A stretch of 45,251 bases of DNA from contig JBGTLS010000079.1 of assembly GCA_041744015.1 (NCBI GenBank), forward strand, positions 1 to 45,251, written 5' to 3'. Below are positions 37,009 to 45,251 of the stretch, in pieces (within the stretch, counting starts at the first letter, position 1; each line of letters opens with the position of its first letter). Origin of the DNA: Cryomorpha sp. Lineage in GTDB: Bacteria; Bacteroidota; Bacteroidia; Flavobacteriales_D; Cryomorphaceae. A program made the position numbers and the translations under genes. The notes under the pieces are model-generated. The model did no database searches and was not told where the DNA came from. It saw nothing but the letters and a program-made list of their open reading frames with translations.

Positions 37009-38445
37009 CTAAAACCACCTTTGCAGGAATGCTTTCCCGTTGTTGATGAATAGCCGGTCGATGATTTCCTCCTGATTGATTTGGTTCATAGGTAGGAGGG
37101 ACTGGCCGCCGTTTTTCATGTAGTTGTTGGCGTGCATGAGCATGTAGGTTTCGAGGTGGGGGAAATATTCTGACGACCAGAATCCGTTGAGCGGATCGAC
37201 GATGCCATCGAAGTCTGTTCCCAGCGCCTGAATATCCCATGCAAAAAGTCCGTGGGCGTTGAGCACCTCGGCGATGTGTTGCACCTGCGCCCAAAGCAAC
37301 CGCGACCTGTAAAACCGCATTTTGCGAACGCTCAACCGCGTGCCTGCATTTTTTAGCTCAGTTTCACTTGCAATGCGGCGTTCATCCACCTGCAAGCCGA
37401 ATATGCCATGTGATTGAGCTATGCGAACGATTTCGTCATCGTAAAAATTGATATCCGGATTGTAAAACCGATGCGCTGAGCCAGGGATTGTTTCGGCGCC
37501 TGATTCGTCCCTCAGACCCGTAACTGCGCCATGGCTGACAATGATTGGGATTGGTACAGTCTTATATTCCGTATCCAACAGGTTGAAGTATGCTTTCCGG
37601 CTGGTGCGGCTGAAGTGTTTGATGTCCACATAAATCGGTTTTCCATTTTCGGAAGAAAGCAGTTTGTGAATCACTTTCTTTCCAAGTTCCGTGATGCCGG
37701 CATTCAATCCCAAATCCTGGGTCAACACCCGGCTGGTGAGGGCATCCAGACTTTTGGCGTGACCTGCCAGTTCATTGTAAAAGTGGTGGGCAACGGTGAC
37801 AAAAAATACGCGGTGTTTCCATTTTTTTAGTTCATCGACATGTCTTAAAACCACTTTTTCATCCGCCGGTTGGTCCAGTCCACAATCCAGTACATGCAGG
37901 CCTTCAATGGACAGAAACACGCCGATTCTGTTGACGGCTGAATCGTGGTTCAGGGCTTCCAGTTCATCAAATGAATTGATGAGGTGGTAGCTGTATTTTT
38001 CCTTGTCGATGGTGTAAACCCGCCCGTCGAGCTGTTTGAGAAAATCGTATTCACGCTCCAGATCCTGCCAGTAACTTTGGTATTTCTGAATGTGGTCAAT
38101 GCGCATTCTGCCGATTCCGGTGACAAGGTTGGTGACGATGTCAGCCAACTTTCCGGTTTGGCCAAGGGGTTTAAAAAATCCTTTTTCGGGTGGGTAGAGT
38201 GAAACGGAGATACATATGGCGCCACCCTTCGCAAGTGTCGTAAAGTCAGCCTGCCGGAATTTGGTCAACCCTGAAATGTAGTTGATCAATTTGTCCGTAA
38301 CCTTTGGCGGATCGTAGTACCAGATGGAATGTTTTTGTTGGCGGTTGGCGCTGTTTTCCATGGCTGGAAAACTTGTGCCATAGGGCTTCATGGTGGGGTG
38401 GCAATGGAAGTCTATGAAGGTTCTTCTTTCGATGTTGTCGCGCAT
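37009..38445 (-). CDS. Amidohydrolase-fold protein resembling membrane dipeptidase (peptidase M19-like)
   Basis: The probable start is ATG 38445; the track uses TTG 38529. The motif series IDFHCH, SIEGLH, VTVAHHFYN, VDIKHFS and IVSHGAV parallels the metal-ligand strands of M19/amidohydrolase enzymes. Confidence 0.5.
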   Translation of the reverse strand: MRDNIERRTFIDFHCHPTMKPYGTSFPAMENSANRQQKHSIWYYDPPKVTDKLINYISGLTKFRQADFTTLAKGGAICISVSLYPPEKGFFKPLGQTGKLADIVTNLVTGIGRMRIDHIQKYQSYWQDLEREYDFLKQLDGRVYTIDKEKYSYHLINSFDELEALNHDSAVNRIGVFLSIEGLHVLDCGLDQPADEKVVLRHVDELKKWKHRVFFVTVAHHFYNELAGHAKSLDALTSRVLTQDLGLNAGITELGKKVIHKLLSSENGKPIYVDIKHFSRTSRKAYFNLLDTEYKTVPIPIIVSHGAVTGLRDESGAETIPGSAHRFYNPDINFYDDEIVRIAQSHGIFGLQVDERRIASETELKNAGTRLSVRKMRFYRSRLLWAQVQHIAEVLNAHGLFAWDIQALGTDFDGIVDPLNGFWSSEYFPHLETYMLMHANNYMKNGGQSLLPMNQINQEEIIDRLFINNGKAFLQRWF

Positions 38446-38528
38446 GGGGAGGGTGGTTTTGGTTAGGGTTTTACTGACAAGGTTCGAATTGTCAATGATT
38501 AAATGTATGGGAATATATTCAATAGGCA

Positions 38529-38537
38529 ATATGCAAT
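38529..38537. repeat. Target-site duplication, left (ATATGCAAT)
   Basis: An identical 9-mer lies at 39934-39942, immediately outside the IRs. Confidence 0.75.
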
Positions 38538-39933
38538 CAGTACTGTCCGGTTAAAGTTGGGAATAAATAAAAAAGAGAGACCGAAACGACCTCCCTTTTC
38601 TGATTATTTTTGAGTTACGACACAAAAAAATAGTCATGAGCAAAAGTAAATATTTTACCGGACAGCCGATCTTCAGCCAGCTGCTTTCTTATCTGCCACA
38701 AGGAAGGATTAATTCACTTGCAGCTGAACACGATGCCGACAGGTACTATAAAGAGTTCAGAACATATACCCATTTGGTAACGATGCTTTATGGTATTTTT
38801 AATCGATGTACAGGCCTGCGTGAAGTAACCACAGGGCTATTGGCCTGGGAGCATCGTATTCAGCATCTAGGCCTTAATTATTATCCCAAAAGAAGCACTA
38901 TTTCTGATGCGAATGTGAACCGGGCATCAGACGTATTTGAATCAGTCTACTATTGGTTATTCAATAGATATCAGTATTTTTTACCGGACAGCCGAAGTAA
39001 AAACGCCTCACGATTTTATATTGTTGATTCCACAACCATCCAGTTGTTTCAAGAAGTTCTTAAGAATGCAGGACGAAAGTCTGTAGATGGTAAAAGAAAA
39101 GGAGGAATTAAAGTTCATACCTTAATCAGAAGTGATCAGGATGTTCCTTGTTTAATACGTTATTCCGCAGGCGCAGGCGCCGATAGTCCCTTTTTGAAGG
39201 ATATTCATTTACCGGAAGGTTCTATTTTGGTATTTGATCGTGGTTATTATGATTACAAACAATACAATCGGTTTTCAACCCAAAAGATTACCTGGGTAAC
39301 CCGGTTAAGAAAGGATACTGTATATACTGTACTCGATGAAAAAAGCGTTTCGGAAACGGAAAAGTCAAAAGGAGTCATATCAGATCAGGGTGTCGTGCTG
39401 GGACATAATTTACACAAGAACAACACGCGTGTGGTGGCTCGCTTAATTAAATTTCAAGACCCTCAAACTAAGGAACAACTTGAGTTTATTACAAACAGTA
39501 AGCGATTTAACGCATCCACAATAACGCTGTTTTATAAGAAGCGCTGGCAGATTGAATCACTCTTCAAGCGAATCAAGCAAAATTATCCCTTAAGAAGCTT
39601 TCTTGGCGAGAGCGAAAATGCAATCAAAATTCAAATTTGGTGTGCTCTGATTGCAGACCTACTTCTTAAGCTTGTTAAAGCAAAAGCTGGTAAGTCCTGG
39701 TCTTTCTCAAACCTCGCCGCGATGGTTAGACTACATCTAATGACCTATATTAATCTTTTCGAGTTCCTGAAAAATCCTGAAAAAGCATTAATCAAAAATC
39801 AAAATAAATCCGAACAATTGTACCTGTTTCCAACATAGGGGGCTTAGATCTCCAATTTCAAAACTCATACTCAGATTTTACTCATAGTTCCGAAGTTAAA
39901 TCATCTGGTTTCAGATTTAACCGGACAGCACTG
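38538..39933 (+). mobile_element. Intact IS4-family insertion sequence (1,396 bp)
   Basis: IRL is cagtactgtccggttaaa (38538-38555). IRR reverse-complements to cagtgctgtccggttaaa (39916-39933), a 17/18 match. Single transposase ORF. 9-bp TSD. Confidence 0.85.
38636..39838 (+). CDS. IS4-family DDE transposase
   Basis: 400 aa. Has the Y-(2)-R-(3)-E-(6)-K signature (YKKRWQIESLFKRIK) and DDE-like segments (YIVDSTTI, LVFDRGYYD). Confidence 0.9.
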   Translation: MSKSKYFTGQPIFSQLLSYLPQGRINSLAAEHDADRYYKEFRTYTHLVTMLYGIFNRCTGLREVTTGLLAWEHRIQHLGLNYYPKRSTISDANVNRASDVFESVYYWLFNRYQYFLPDSRSKNASRFYIVDSTTIQLFQEVLKNAGRKSVDGKRKGGIKVHTLIRSDQDVPCLIRYSAGAGADSPFLKDIHLPEGSILVFDRGYYDYKQYNRFSTQKITWVTRLRKDTVYTVLDEKSVSETEKSKGVISDQGVVLGHNLHKNNTRVVARLIKFQDPQTKEQLEFITNSKRFNASTITLFYKKRWQIESLFKRIKQNYPLRSFLGESENAIKIQIWCALIADLLLKLVKAKAGKSWSFSNLAAMVRLHLMTYINLFEFLKNPEKALIKNQNKSEQLYLFPT

Positions 39934-39942
39934 ATATGCAAT
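39934..39942. repeat. Target-site duplication, right (ATATGCAAT)
   Basis: Matches 38529-38537. Confidence 0.75.
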
Positions 39943-40032
39943 TGGCAATTTCAAACTGGCAATTACCTCCCTGTGGTCCAGACGGACTCCTTGCAGTAGT
40001 CGGTGAGCTCAATCGTTCTTCGGTTGGCAATC
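39943..40032. repeat. ATTGCC-rich dispersed repeat element, copy 2 (inverted; split by the IS, other part at 38521-38537)
   Basis: Contains gtcggtgagct (39999-40009) and tcggttggcaat (40020-40031). These are exact reverse complements of strings in copy 1. Confidence 0.6.
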
Positions 40033-40221
40033 AAAAAAAAAGTAATAATCAATGGGCAAATTTGGTGACGGATGGAACTCACGACCGGATGGTGTGTGCG
40101 CCTGTGCGAAGGAAGCTATGTGCAAAGGTTAATTTGCAACAATATTAGCTATGAACATTATGAAGAGGCCATGTTGTTAAGGCAAGAAATTCACATTCGA
40201 AGTCTGCGGTGATCTCAAAAC

Positions 40222-40250
40222 AAAGAAAGCCGGCAACACCGGCTTTCTTT
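40222..40250. terminator. Rho-independent terminator of the minus-strand T9SS operon (bidirectional hairpin)
   Basis: aaagaaagccgg / caaca loop / ccggctttcttt. A T-run follows on the minus strand. Confidence 0.6.
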
Positions 40251-40274
40251 ATGACTAAAATAAATCGAAAATAA

Positions 40275-43043
40275 TCACCTTGTCACCACCAATTTATCTG
40301 TAAACAGCTCGTCTCCACAAGTTGCTCTAACTACATAAACGCCTGGAGCAAGGTTACTTATATCCATTTGGTATATCAATTGTCCGCCGGATGATTCCTG
40401 AATTAAAGACCTGCCGGACGCATCGAAAATTCCAATCCGATCAATGCCTGTACCTTTCGATTGAAGGGTAATTTCGGAACGGGCAGGGTTGGGGTAGAGC
40501 GTGAGTGTAGACGACGTAGCTTTCGCAGATGCAATTTGTTCACGCATTTCCAATTCATGTACGCGATCTGAAATGCGTTGCATGAGCGGTCTTGTTGCAA
40601 AGTTTCCCTGATAGGGTTCAGGTGTTGACAGTAGGCAAAAATCCTCCACGTACCCGGTGCTTGCAGGCTCCCCAAATTCCGCCAAGGGGTCGTCAATAAT
40701 CCGCAATCGGCCATTGGGCCTTAAATGTGCACCTGGTAACAGTCTGATTTGAGTTCGCGCATCAATTCCGTAGTGTTGATTGCCATGCGAAGCAGTCAAC
40801 GTATTAATTTTCACTTTATCTGCAATTACACTGCTATAGGGACCATCATTTCCGTTGATATAAGCAACCCAATCACCCAAAGTGATTGCGTTGAAGTGAA
40901 TAGCCTCTGGAGCTGAAAGAACTGAAGCGACGGTAACCACGCCTGACTCTTCAAAACTCGAAACTGTCGGATCATGTTTCCAAACCAAATATGTGAAGGC
41001 CTGGGTTACATTGTTCTGTTGATTGCGGGAATTGGTTTGATCGAAAAACATGTCGACCAAGAGTTTCATCTCAATCTTTTCCAACTTCAAGTCCATGTTA
41101 TTGGAAGAGTAAGCTGCTGCAAATGTCGGATTGCTTGTAGAACCTATCGACGTTGTAATGAGATTGCTTTTGTAAACGCTTCCAAAAGCGTCTCCGGCAG
41201 ATCTCCAATCAGATTCAACAATCAGCTTATTTTCACACAAACTGTATGGATCTGCGCATGGTCTGAACCAATGGGCTAAAAACATATTAGGACTTTGTAT
41301 TTCTCTGCTTATTATTTCCAACATGTCATATTTTGTCCCCATACCAGAATAGGTAAAAATGAAGGCCACATCAACGGTTGTTGATTCATGATCAAAGTCG
41401 AGCGCAGGATTGAAAGAGAATATTAGAGGCTCTGCGAGCTTTATCGCAGTGTGGTTTGTTGTAATGCTTTCAAAGGCCATTATATTCGAAGGTGGGATGT
41501 CAGGCAGGAATATGTCACTGGTGTACAGACAATTCATATCACCGGAGTGAACACACTGATACCAGGATTCGCTAAATTCCTGTTCCATTTGAACTTTGGG
41601 CTTCTCTAAAAGCGCAAACTGACCCAGCACTTCATTGTAGGCAGGATAGTTGAAAGGCGTGAGTCCAGGCTGGCCCGAACCATAACTCGAGGGAAATGTG
41701 CCCGGCATATAGAACGGTCCCATAACATCAATATACGTGGATCCGATCGTTCCCTTAAATGCCGTTTCTGTGTAAGTGGCAGTCGGAGTTGTCGGTTTTA
41801 CCGGTTTGTCAAATGTTTTAGGAAGAATTTCCATTGCCGCGAAATCCATTCCCTTGGCCAGCAGCTTCTTGAAATCTTTTGAATCTTCGCTTTTCGGATT
41901 ACCGCCCACTGAAGGCATATAGAGATTGATTAAAGTCTCACCCGCATCCAAACCTAATCGGATCAGTTGATTTCCCAAGCTGTTGTAATCGTTCATTTCC
42001 TGGTCGTATTTATCCAGTTTTGTCTTGTATTGATCAATCATGTCTTCCATACTTCGGTAAATCATGCTTCCAGGCTTGTATTCTGTGGGATTTATTTCAC
42101 TCAAGTTCATAAAATCGTTCATCGTGTAATTGTTCTCATCAATTTCCTGGGTTGCGCTGATTTCCCTGCCGATCATTTCAATATTCATAGAGTTGAATTG
42201 CCAAAATTCGATATCGAACTTACCTTGAGAAATGCATGAGCACGGGTCATAGGCCATTTGGAAATCAGCTACCATCCATTGATTGGACAAGACCGTCTGA
42301 AACCTGGGTGAAGTGTTTTCGAATATATTTGTTTGCATGCTTAGCGGCCTATCGTAGTTTTCTATGGCGCGCAAAATACCGGTAAGGTTTCCATTACCAC
42401 CACTTTGTAGTAGCTTCACTTGCAGATTTTGGTGCTTGATCCTGTTGTCCCACACATTGGCTACCAACCGCATGATGCCCCGATATCGGTTGTAAATGAT
42501 GATGTAAGGTATGTTATCGGGTTTTGCACTGTAATTGTTGCCCTGAAAAGGACTACCAGTGGCGTGTGGGCCACCTATGGAAGTGCCGTCAGGCAGGTAT
42601 CCCAGGTTCATCCAAAGCAGCTCCCATCCATCTTCCCAATGATAGTCTCTGTCTGTAATGAAGGCATTAGTTTGAGGCTCCTTCAAATAATTAAACTGGC
42701 TTGGCATATCATCACTCATGAAACTAATCATGGGGTAGTACAGTGGACAAGGGTCACCTGGATTTGCCAGCACGATGCTGTTGTCAAATTCCCAATAAGT
42801 ACAAAGGTCGATTCCAATGGTTTTAAAATCGGCTCCGGCTATTTCACCCCAGTTAAATGCATTAAGGAAGGGATTGATGGTAAAGGGTTGTTCCGGATCT
42901 GAAAGATTCACAATATTGTTGAGCAGGAAAGGATCAAGTGGTGCGTTGGGGTTGGTGCTGATGCCGGCAGGAGGGCATGGCTGACCATAGGCGGCTGCAA
43001 GTACTGAAACCAATAACATGCATAGGGAATATAGCTTTTTCAT
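40275..43043 (-). CDS. 922-aa secreted protein with a type A T9SS C-terminal sorting domain
   Basis: Signal peptide. The C-terminal ~80 aa (LTLYPNPARSEITLQSKG ... APGVYVVRATCGDELFTDKLVV) fits the Por/T9SS CTD. The body is unassigned. Confidence 0.8.
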   Translation of the reverse strand: MKKLYSLCMLLVSVLAAAYGQPCPPAGISTNPNAPLDPFLLNNIVNLSDPEQPFTINPFLNAFNWGEIAGADFKTIGIDLCTYWEFDNSIVLANPGDPCPLYYPMISFMSDDMPSQFNYLKEPQTNAFITDRDYHWEDGWELLWMNLGYLPDGTSIGGPHATGSPFQGNNYSAKPDNIPYIIIYNRYRGIMRLVANVWDNRIKHQNLQVKLLQSGGNGNLTGILRAIENYDRPLSMQTNIFENTSPRFQTVLSNQWMVADFQMAYDPCSCISQGKFDIEFWQFNSMNIEMIGREISATQEIDENNYTMNDFMNLSEINPTEYKPGSMIYRSMEDMIDQYKTKLDKYDQEMNDYNSLGNQLIRLGLDAGETLINLYMPSVGGNPKSEDSKDFKKLLAKGMDFAAMEILPKTFDKPVKPTTPTATYTETAFKGTIGSTYIDVMGPFYMPGTFPSSYGSGQPGLTPFNYPAYNEVLGQFALLEKPKVQMEQEFSESWYQCVHSGDMNCLYTSDIFLPDIPPSNIMAFESITTNHTAIKLAEPLIFSFNPALDFDHESTTVDVAFIFTYSGMGTKYDMLEIISREIQSPNMFLAHWFRPCADPYSLCENKLIVESDWRSAGDAFGSVYKSNLITTSIGSTSNPTFAAAYSSNNMDLKLEKIEMKLLVDMFFDQTNSRNQQNNVTQAFTYLVWKHDPTVSSFEESGVVTVASVLSAPEAIHFNAITLGDWVAYINGNDGPYSSVIADKVKINTLTASHGNQHYGIDARTQIRLLPGAHLRPNGRLRIIDDPLAEFGEPASTGYVEDFCLLSTPEPYQGNFATRPLMQRISDRVHELEMREQIASAKATSSTLTLYPNPARSEITLQSKGTGIDRIGIFDASGRSLIQESSGGQLIYQMDISNLAPGVYVVRATCGDELFTDKLVVTR

Positions 43044-43045
43044 GG

Positions 43046-43846
43046 TCAGTTAATTTTTATTCCGTTAAATTGAAAATCATTGCCCTGTAAAATATACCAG
43101 TAATCAAAAATGATTTCGCCGGAATTGTTGACCAGATATATACCACGTGGATCACCGGAGCCAGAACTAGCCCCTCCAACAGACACCTTTTTGTTTGTAG
43201 GATAATGTGTGAAATAATCAGCCACCTCCCCGGTATTGTGAAAGTTTACGTACCTGAAATCAACCGTCTCATAAACGCTGTAAGCAGTATCGCCATTCTC
43301 ATTGATAGGGTATACGGACCATTCGTACTCCTCACTGCCATTGTGCCTGCCCCGAAAGGTACCTATGGAGGCAAATTCAAAATAACTCCCTACAAGTCGG
43401 AAGGTCACCGCTACTGAGTCGTGACCGGTGTCATTGGGCTTGCACGGGTCCAGTTCATCATAGGTCACCACATGGCTCACCATAATATTGGAAGGATATG
43501 GCTCATTCGCAAAATTGCGCACAAACGAGGCTTCATCGATTATTTGAGATCCCAAATACCAGGTATGCGAAGTGACCTGACCCGGATAAAGTGCGTCAAA
43601 GTACAATATGGGAAAATCGGGACCAAACATGGTGTCAGCGAAAAACTGCCAGCCTTCCCAGGTTGAAACCCTGGTGGAAATCGTAAAGTCAGCCTTGTTA
43701 ATAGGTCCTCCGTGACAAGGATCATAATTCGGGCACTCGACATTTGTCGGATTGTCGCAAAGTGCATCATCATCTTTTTTACAGGCATATACCAGAAGCA
43801 CCGAGGAGACGATGATCGCTATCGATAAATTGAAGTGATGTTTCAT
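43046..43846 (-). CDS. Lipoprotein, function unknown
   Basis: 266 aa. Lipobox LLVYAC. 2-nt gaps to both neighbouring genes. Confidence 0.65.
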   Translation of the reverse strand: MKHHFNLSIAIIVSSVLLVYACKKDDDALCDNPTNVECPNYDPCHGGPINKADFTISTRVSTWEGWQFFADTMFGPDFPILYFDALYPGQVTSHTWYLGSQIIDEASFVRNFANEPYPSNIMVSHVVTYDELDPCKPNDTGHDSVAVTFRLVGSYFEFASIGTFRGRHNGSEEYEWSVYPINENGDTAYSVYETVDFRYVNFHNTGEVADYFTHYPTNKKVSVGGASSGSGDPRGIYLVNNSGEIIFDYWYILQGNDFQFNGIKIN

Positions 43847-43848
43847 GG

Positions 43849-44769
43849 CTATTCATTTTTCGATTTCGACACTTCCAGTTGCACTTTCAAAGATTCCACC
43901 TCTTTATTTAGGGCGATCAGATACAAGGTCAACTCTTCCACCTTTTCAGTCAAAATTCTTTCAACTTTACCAATCGGAATCCCTGTCTCAGCTATTTGTT
44001 CAGCCGTTGGCATGCCAGGTAGATGTTTGTTTTGTTGGATGAATGCTTCGAGTTTTTCCAACGGTATGAGGTCGTATTCTTCATCAAAAACATAATCGGC
44101 CCAATCATCCTCAATTTTGACAAAAATCTCTTCGGCAATCGTTGTACCTTTTACATAGAGTGAGTGAGTGCCCACAAAATTTTCCGTGTTTATTCCCACT
44201 TTACCAGCAGGTGATAGAGTTAAAGGGATGGTGTTGTTATTACTATTCATAAAGCGAAAGTTCCTGTTATTCGATGTAGTCCAGAGAAACTCAGGTTGGG
44301 CACCTCCTGAATATCGAAGTTTCACATGGTTGACTGTCGAATTGTACAATCCGAAAGACTGAAACACCGCAAATCTTTCAGGAGCTGCGGCGGAAAGACC
44401 AACATTTAATTTGCCATTTATCTTCGTGTTCCCGCCAATATCAGTATTTCCCATTCGATCAACTTTAAATATTTGTTGAGTTCCTAAACTGGGAAAGCCT
44501 TGATCCGTACTGTTCACCAGGAAAGCATTTTCGGGAATCCAGGTAAGTACTCCATCACTCATACCATAAAAAAGATCAATTTTGAAGGCCGTTCCCTGAT
44601 GCGTATTTTCATTAATATGCAGGCGAGCGGTGGGTTGGCTGTTATTAATACCGATTCCAGCTCCGCCGGTAGTTTCAAATGCACCTCCGCTGGGGGTATA
44701 GAGGATATTCTGTGAATTGGCTGCAATACTCATTATCAAGAGCAGAGGCAAACAGGCTAGTGTTTTCAT
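43849..44769 (-). CDS. Secreted tail-fibre-like protein with a conserved Bacteroidota C-terminal module
   Basis: Signal peptide. G-rich GxGIG(I/T)N motifs. The C-terminus (WADYVFDEEYDLIPLEKLEAFIQQNKHLPGMPTAEQ ... EELTLYLIAL) matches a module I recall from many Flavobacteriia hypothetical proteins. Confidence 0.7.
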   Translation of the reverse strand: MKTLACLPLLLIMSIAANSQNILYTPSGGAFETTGGAGIGINNSQPTARLHINENTHQGTAFKIDLFYGMSDGVLTWIPENAFLVNSTDQGFPSLGTQQIFKVDRMGNTDIGGNTKINGKLNVGLSAAAPERFAVFQSFGLYNSTVNHVKLRYSGGAQPEFLWTTSNNRNFRFMNSNNNTIPLTLSPAGKVGINTENFVGTHSLYVKGTTIAEEIFVKIEDDWADYVFDEEYDLIPLEKLEAFIQQNKHLPGMPTAEQIAETGIPIGKVERILTEKVEELTLYLIALNKEVESLKVQLEVSKSKNE

Positions 44770-45251
44770 CGTTTGTAAGTTTTGGTTAGGGAAATCAAAA
44801 TACGGATTATTTTAATCTCGTATATTTTTTTAACAAAATTTATTTTATTTCAAACAATATACATTGTAGTATATCAACTAACTATGCATTTAATCGGATT
44901 TAAACATAAACATCCCCTTCGTTTAGGAATACATTCACTCATATAGAATGTATAGAAAAAACAAGGCAATATTTCCATTTTAATAGTCGGCAACATGATC
45001 AAAATGAGAAGCCGGGCAGGGTGGTAAAATCAAATTGAATTGGCCTGAAGATGCAACCATCATAATAAACGTGATTGTTTAGATTGTCAGGGCGCAGTAT
45101 GGGAAGATAGCCTACAGTGAAATTGAGTACTATGCAAAAACCACTTCCAATGAATCTACATGAAGAAGTACTTATATTTGTACTTGATTCAAAACATGCC
45201 CAAATTATGATCGCTGCAAATTACACCGAATTCAGACCCGGCCTGAAAAAA

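Noticed and set aside
36824-37024. 12-nt match taaaaccacctt at about 36830 and about 37005, considered as a duplication of the dipeptidase-like gene's end.
   Set aside because: The similarity does not extend beyond about 12 nt on either side. It is compatible with chance.
36673-37294. Minus-strand ORFs 36673-36969 and 36956-37294 between and over the convergent gene ends.
   Set aside because: The first overlaps the 3' end of the giant gene. The second lies out of frame inside the dipeptidase-like gene. Both are Arg/Pro/Gly-rich. These are spurious.
39936-40148. 70-aa ORF immediately right of the IS.
   Set aside because: It begins inside the TSD and the ATTGCC repeat element. It has no motif and its composition is odd. 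It is more likely repeat or non-coding sequence.
1-45251. Scan for CRISPR arrays, rRNA genes and additional tRNAs.
   Set aside because: There are no regularly spaced 25-40-bp direct repeats with unique spacers and no rRNA-like conserved blocks. Only one cloverleaf (tRNA-Pro) was found by eye.

Overview
This is a 45.3-kb Bacteroidota-type chromosomal segment. The evidence is a T9SS C-terminal sorting domain, a complete moxR-DUF58-batABCDE aerotolerance operon, a TAnnTTTG-type promoter motif and many lipoproteins. All family assignments below were made by eye from the translations; no searches were run.

Layout:
(1) 1-7.9 kb is an AT-rich accessory island, mostly on the minus strand. It holds a SLATT-like 2-TM protein with a membrane-anchored partner, a DUF4760-like protein, a NERD-domain protein, a decayed tyrosine-recombinase gene, an excisionase-like HTH gene and a pair of ~57-bp hairpin-bearing direct repeats.
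(2) 7.96-9.46 kb is a visibly more GC-rich three-gene module. It includes a DUF5675 protein with a YkuD-like His/Cys motif and a holin-like 2-TM peptide.
(3) 9.9-16.1 kb carries an orphan family-5 solute-binding lipoprotein, other lipoproteins, and an ECF sigma factor with an anti-sigma/beta-barrel gene.
(4) 16.1-17.5 kb is an Xre-antitoxin/RES-toxin cassette. It is inserted into the 3' end of the beta-barrel gene, leaving a 129-bp coding duplication, and sits next to tRNA-Pro(TGG).
(5) 18-29 kb carries a porin, a Yip1-like protein, a J-domain/KTSC protein and the eight-gene Bat operon.
(6) 29.4-31 kb carries MazG-like, hotdog-fold and cytochrome b561-like genes.
(7) 31.4-36.8 kb is the stand-out feature: one 1,793-aa ORF. 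It fuses two lipase-like alpha/beta-hydrolase modules, an unassigned core, an intact CHAT (caspase-like) protease domain and a helical-repeat tail. I consider it the best candidate for an undescribed single-polypeptide protease-lipase conflict/defence system.
(8) 37-40 kb carries a dipeptidase/amidohydrolase-like gene and an intact IS4-family IS (18-bp IRs, 9-bp TSD) inserted into a dispersed ATTGCC-rich repeat.
(9) 40.3-44.8 kb is a tight three-gene operon of exported proteins ending in a 922-aa T9SS substrate.

I found no rRNA gene and no CRISPR array.
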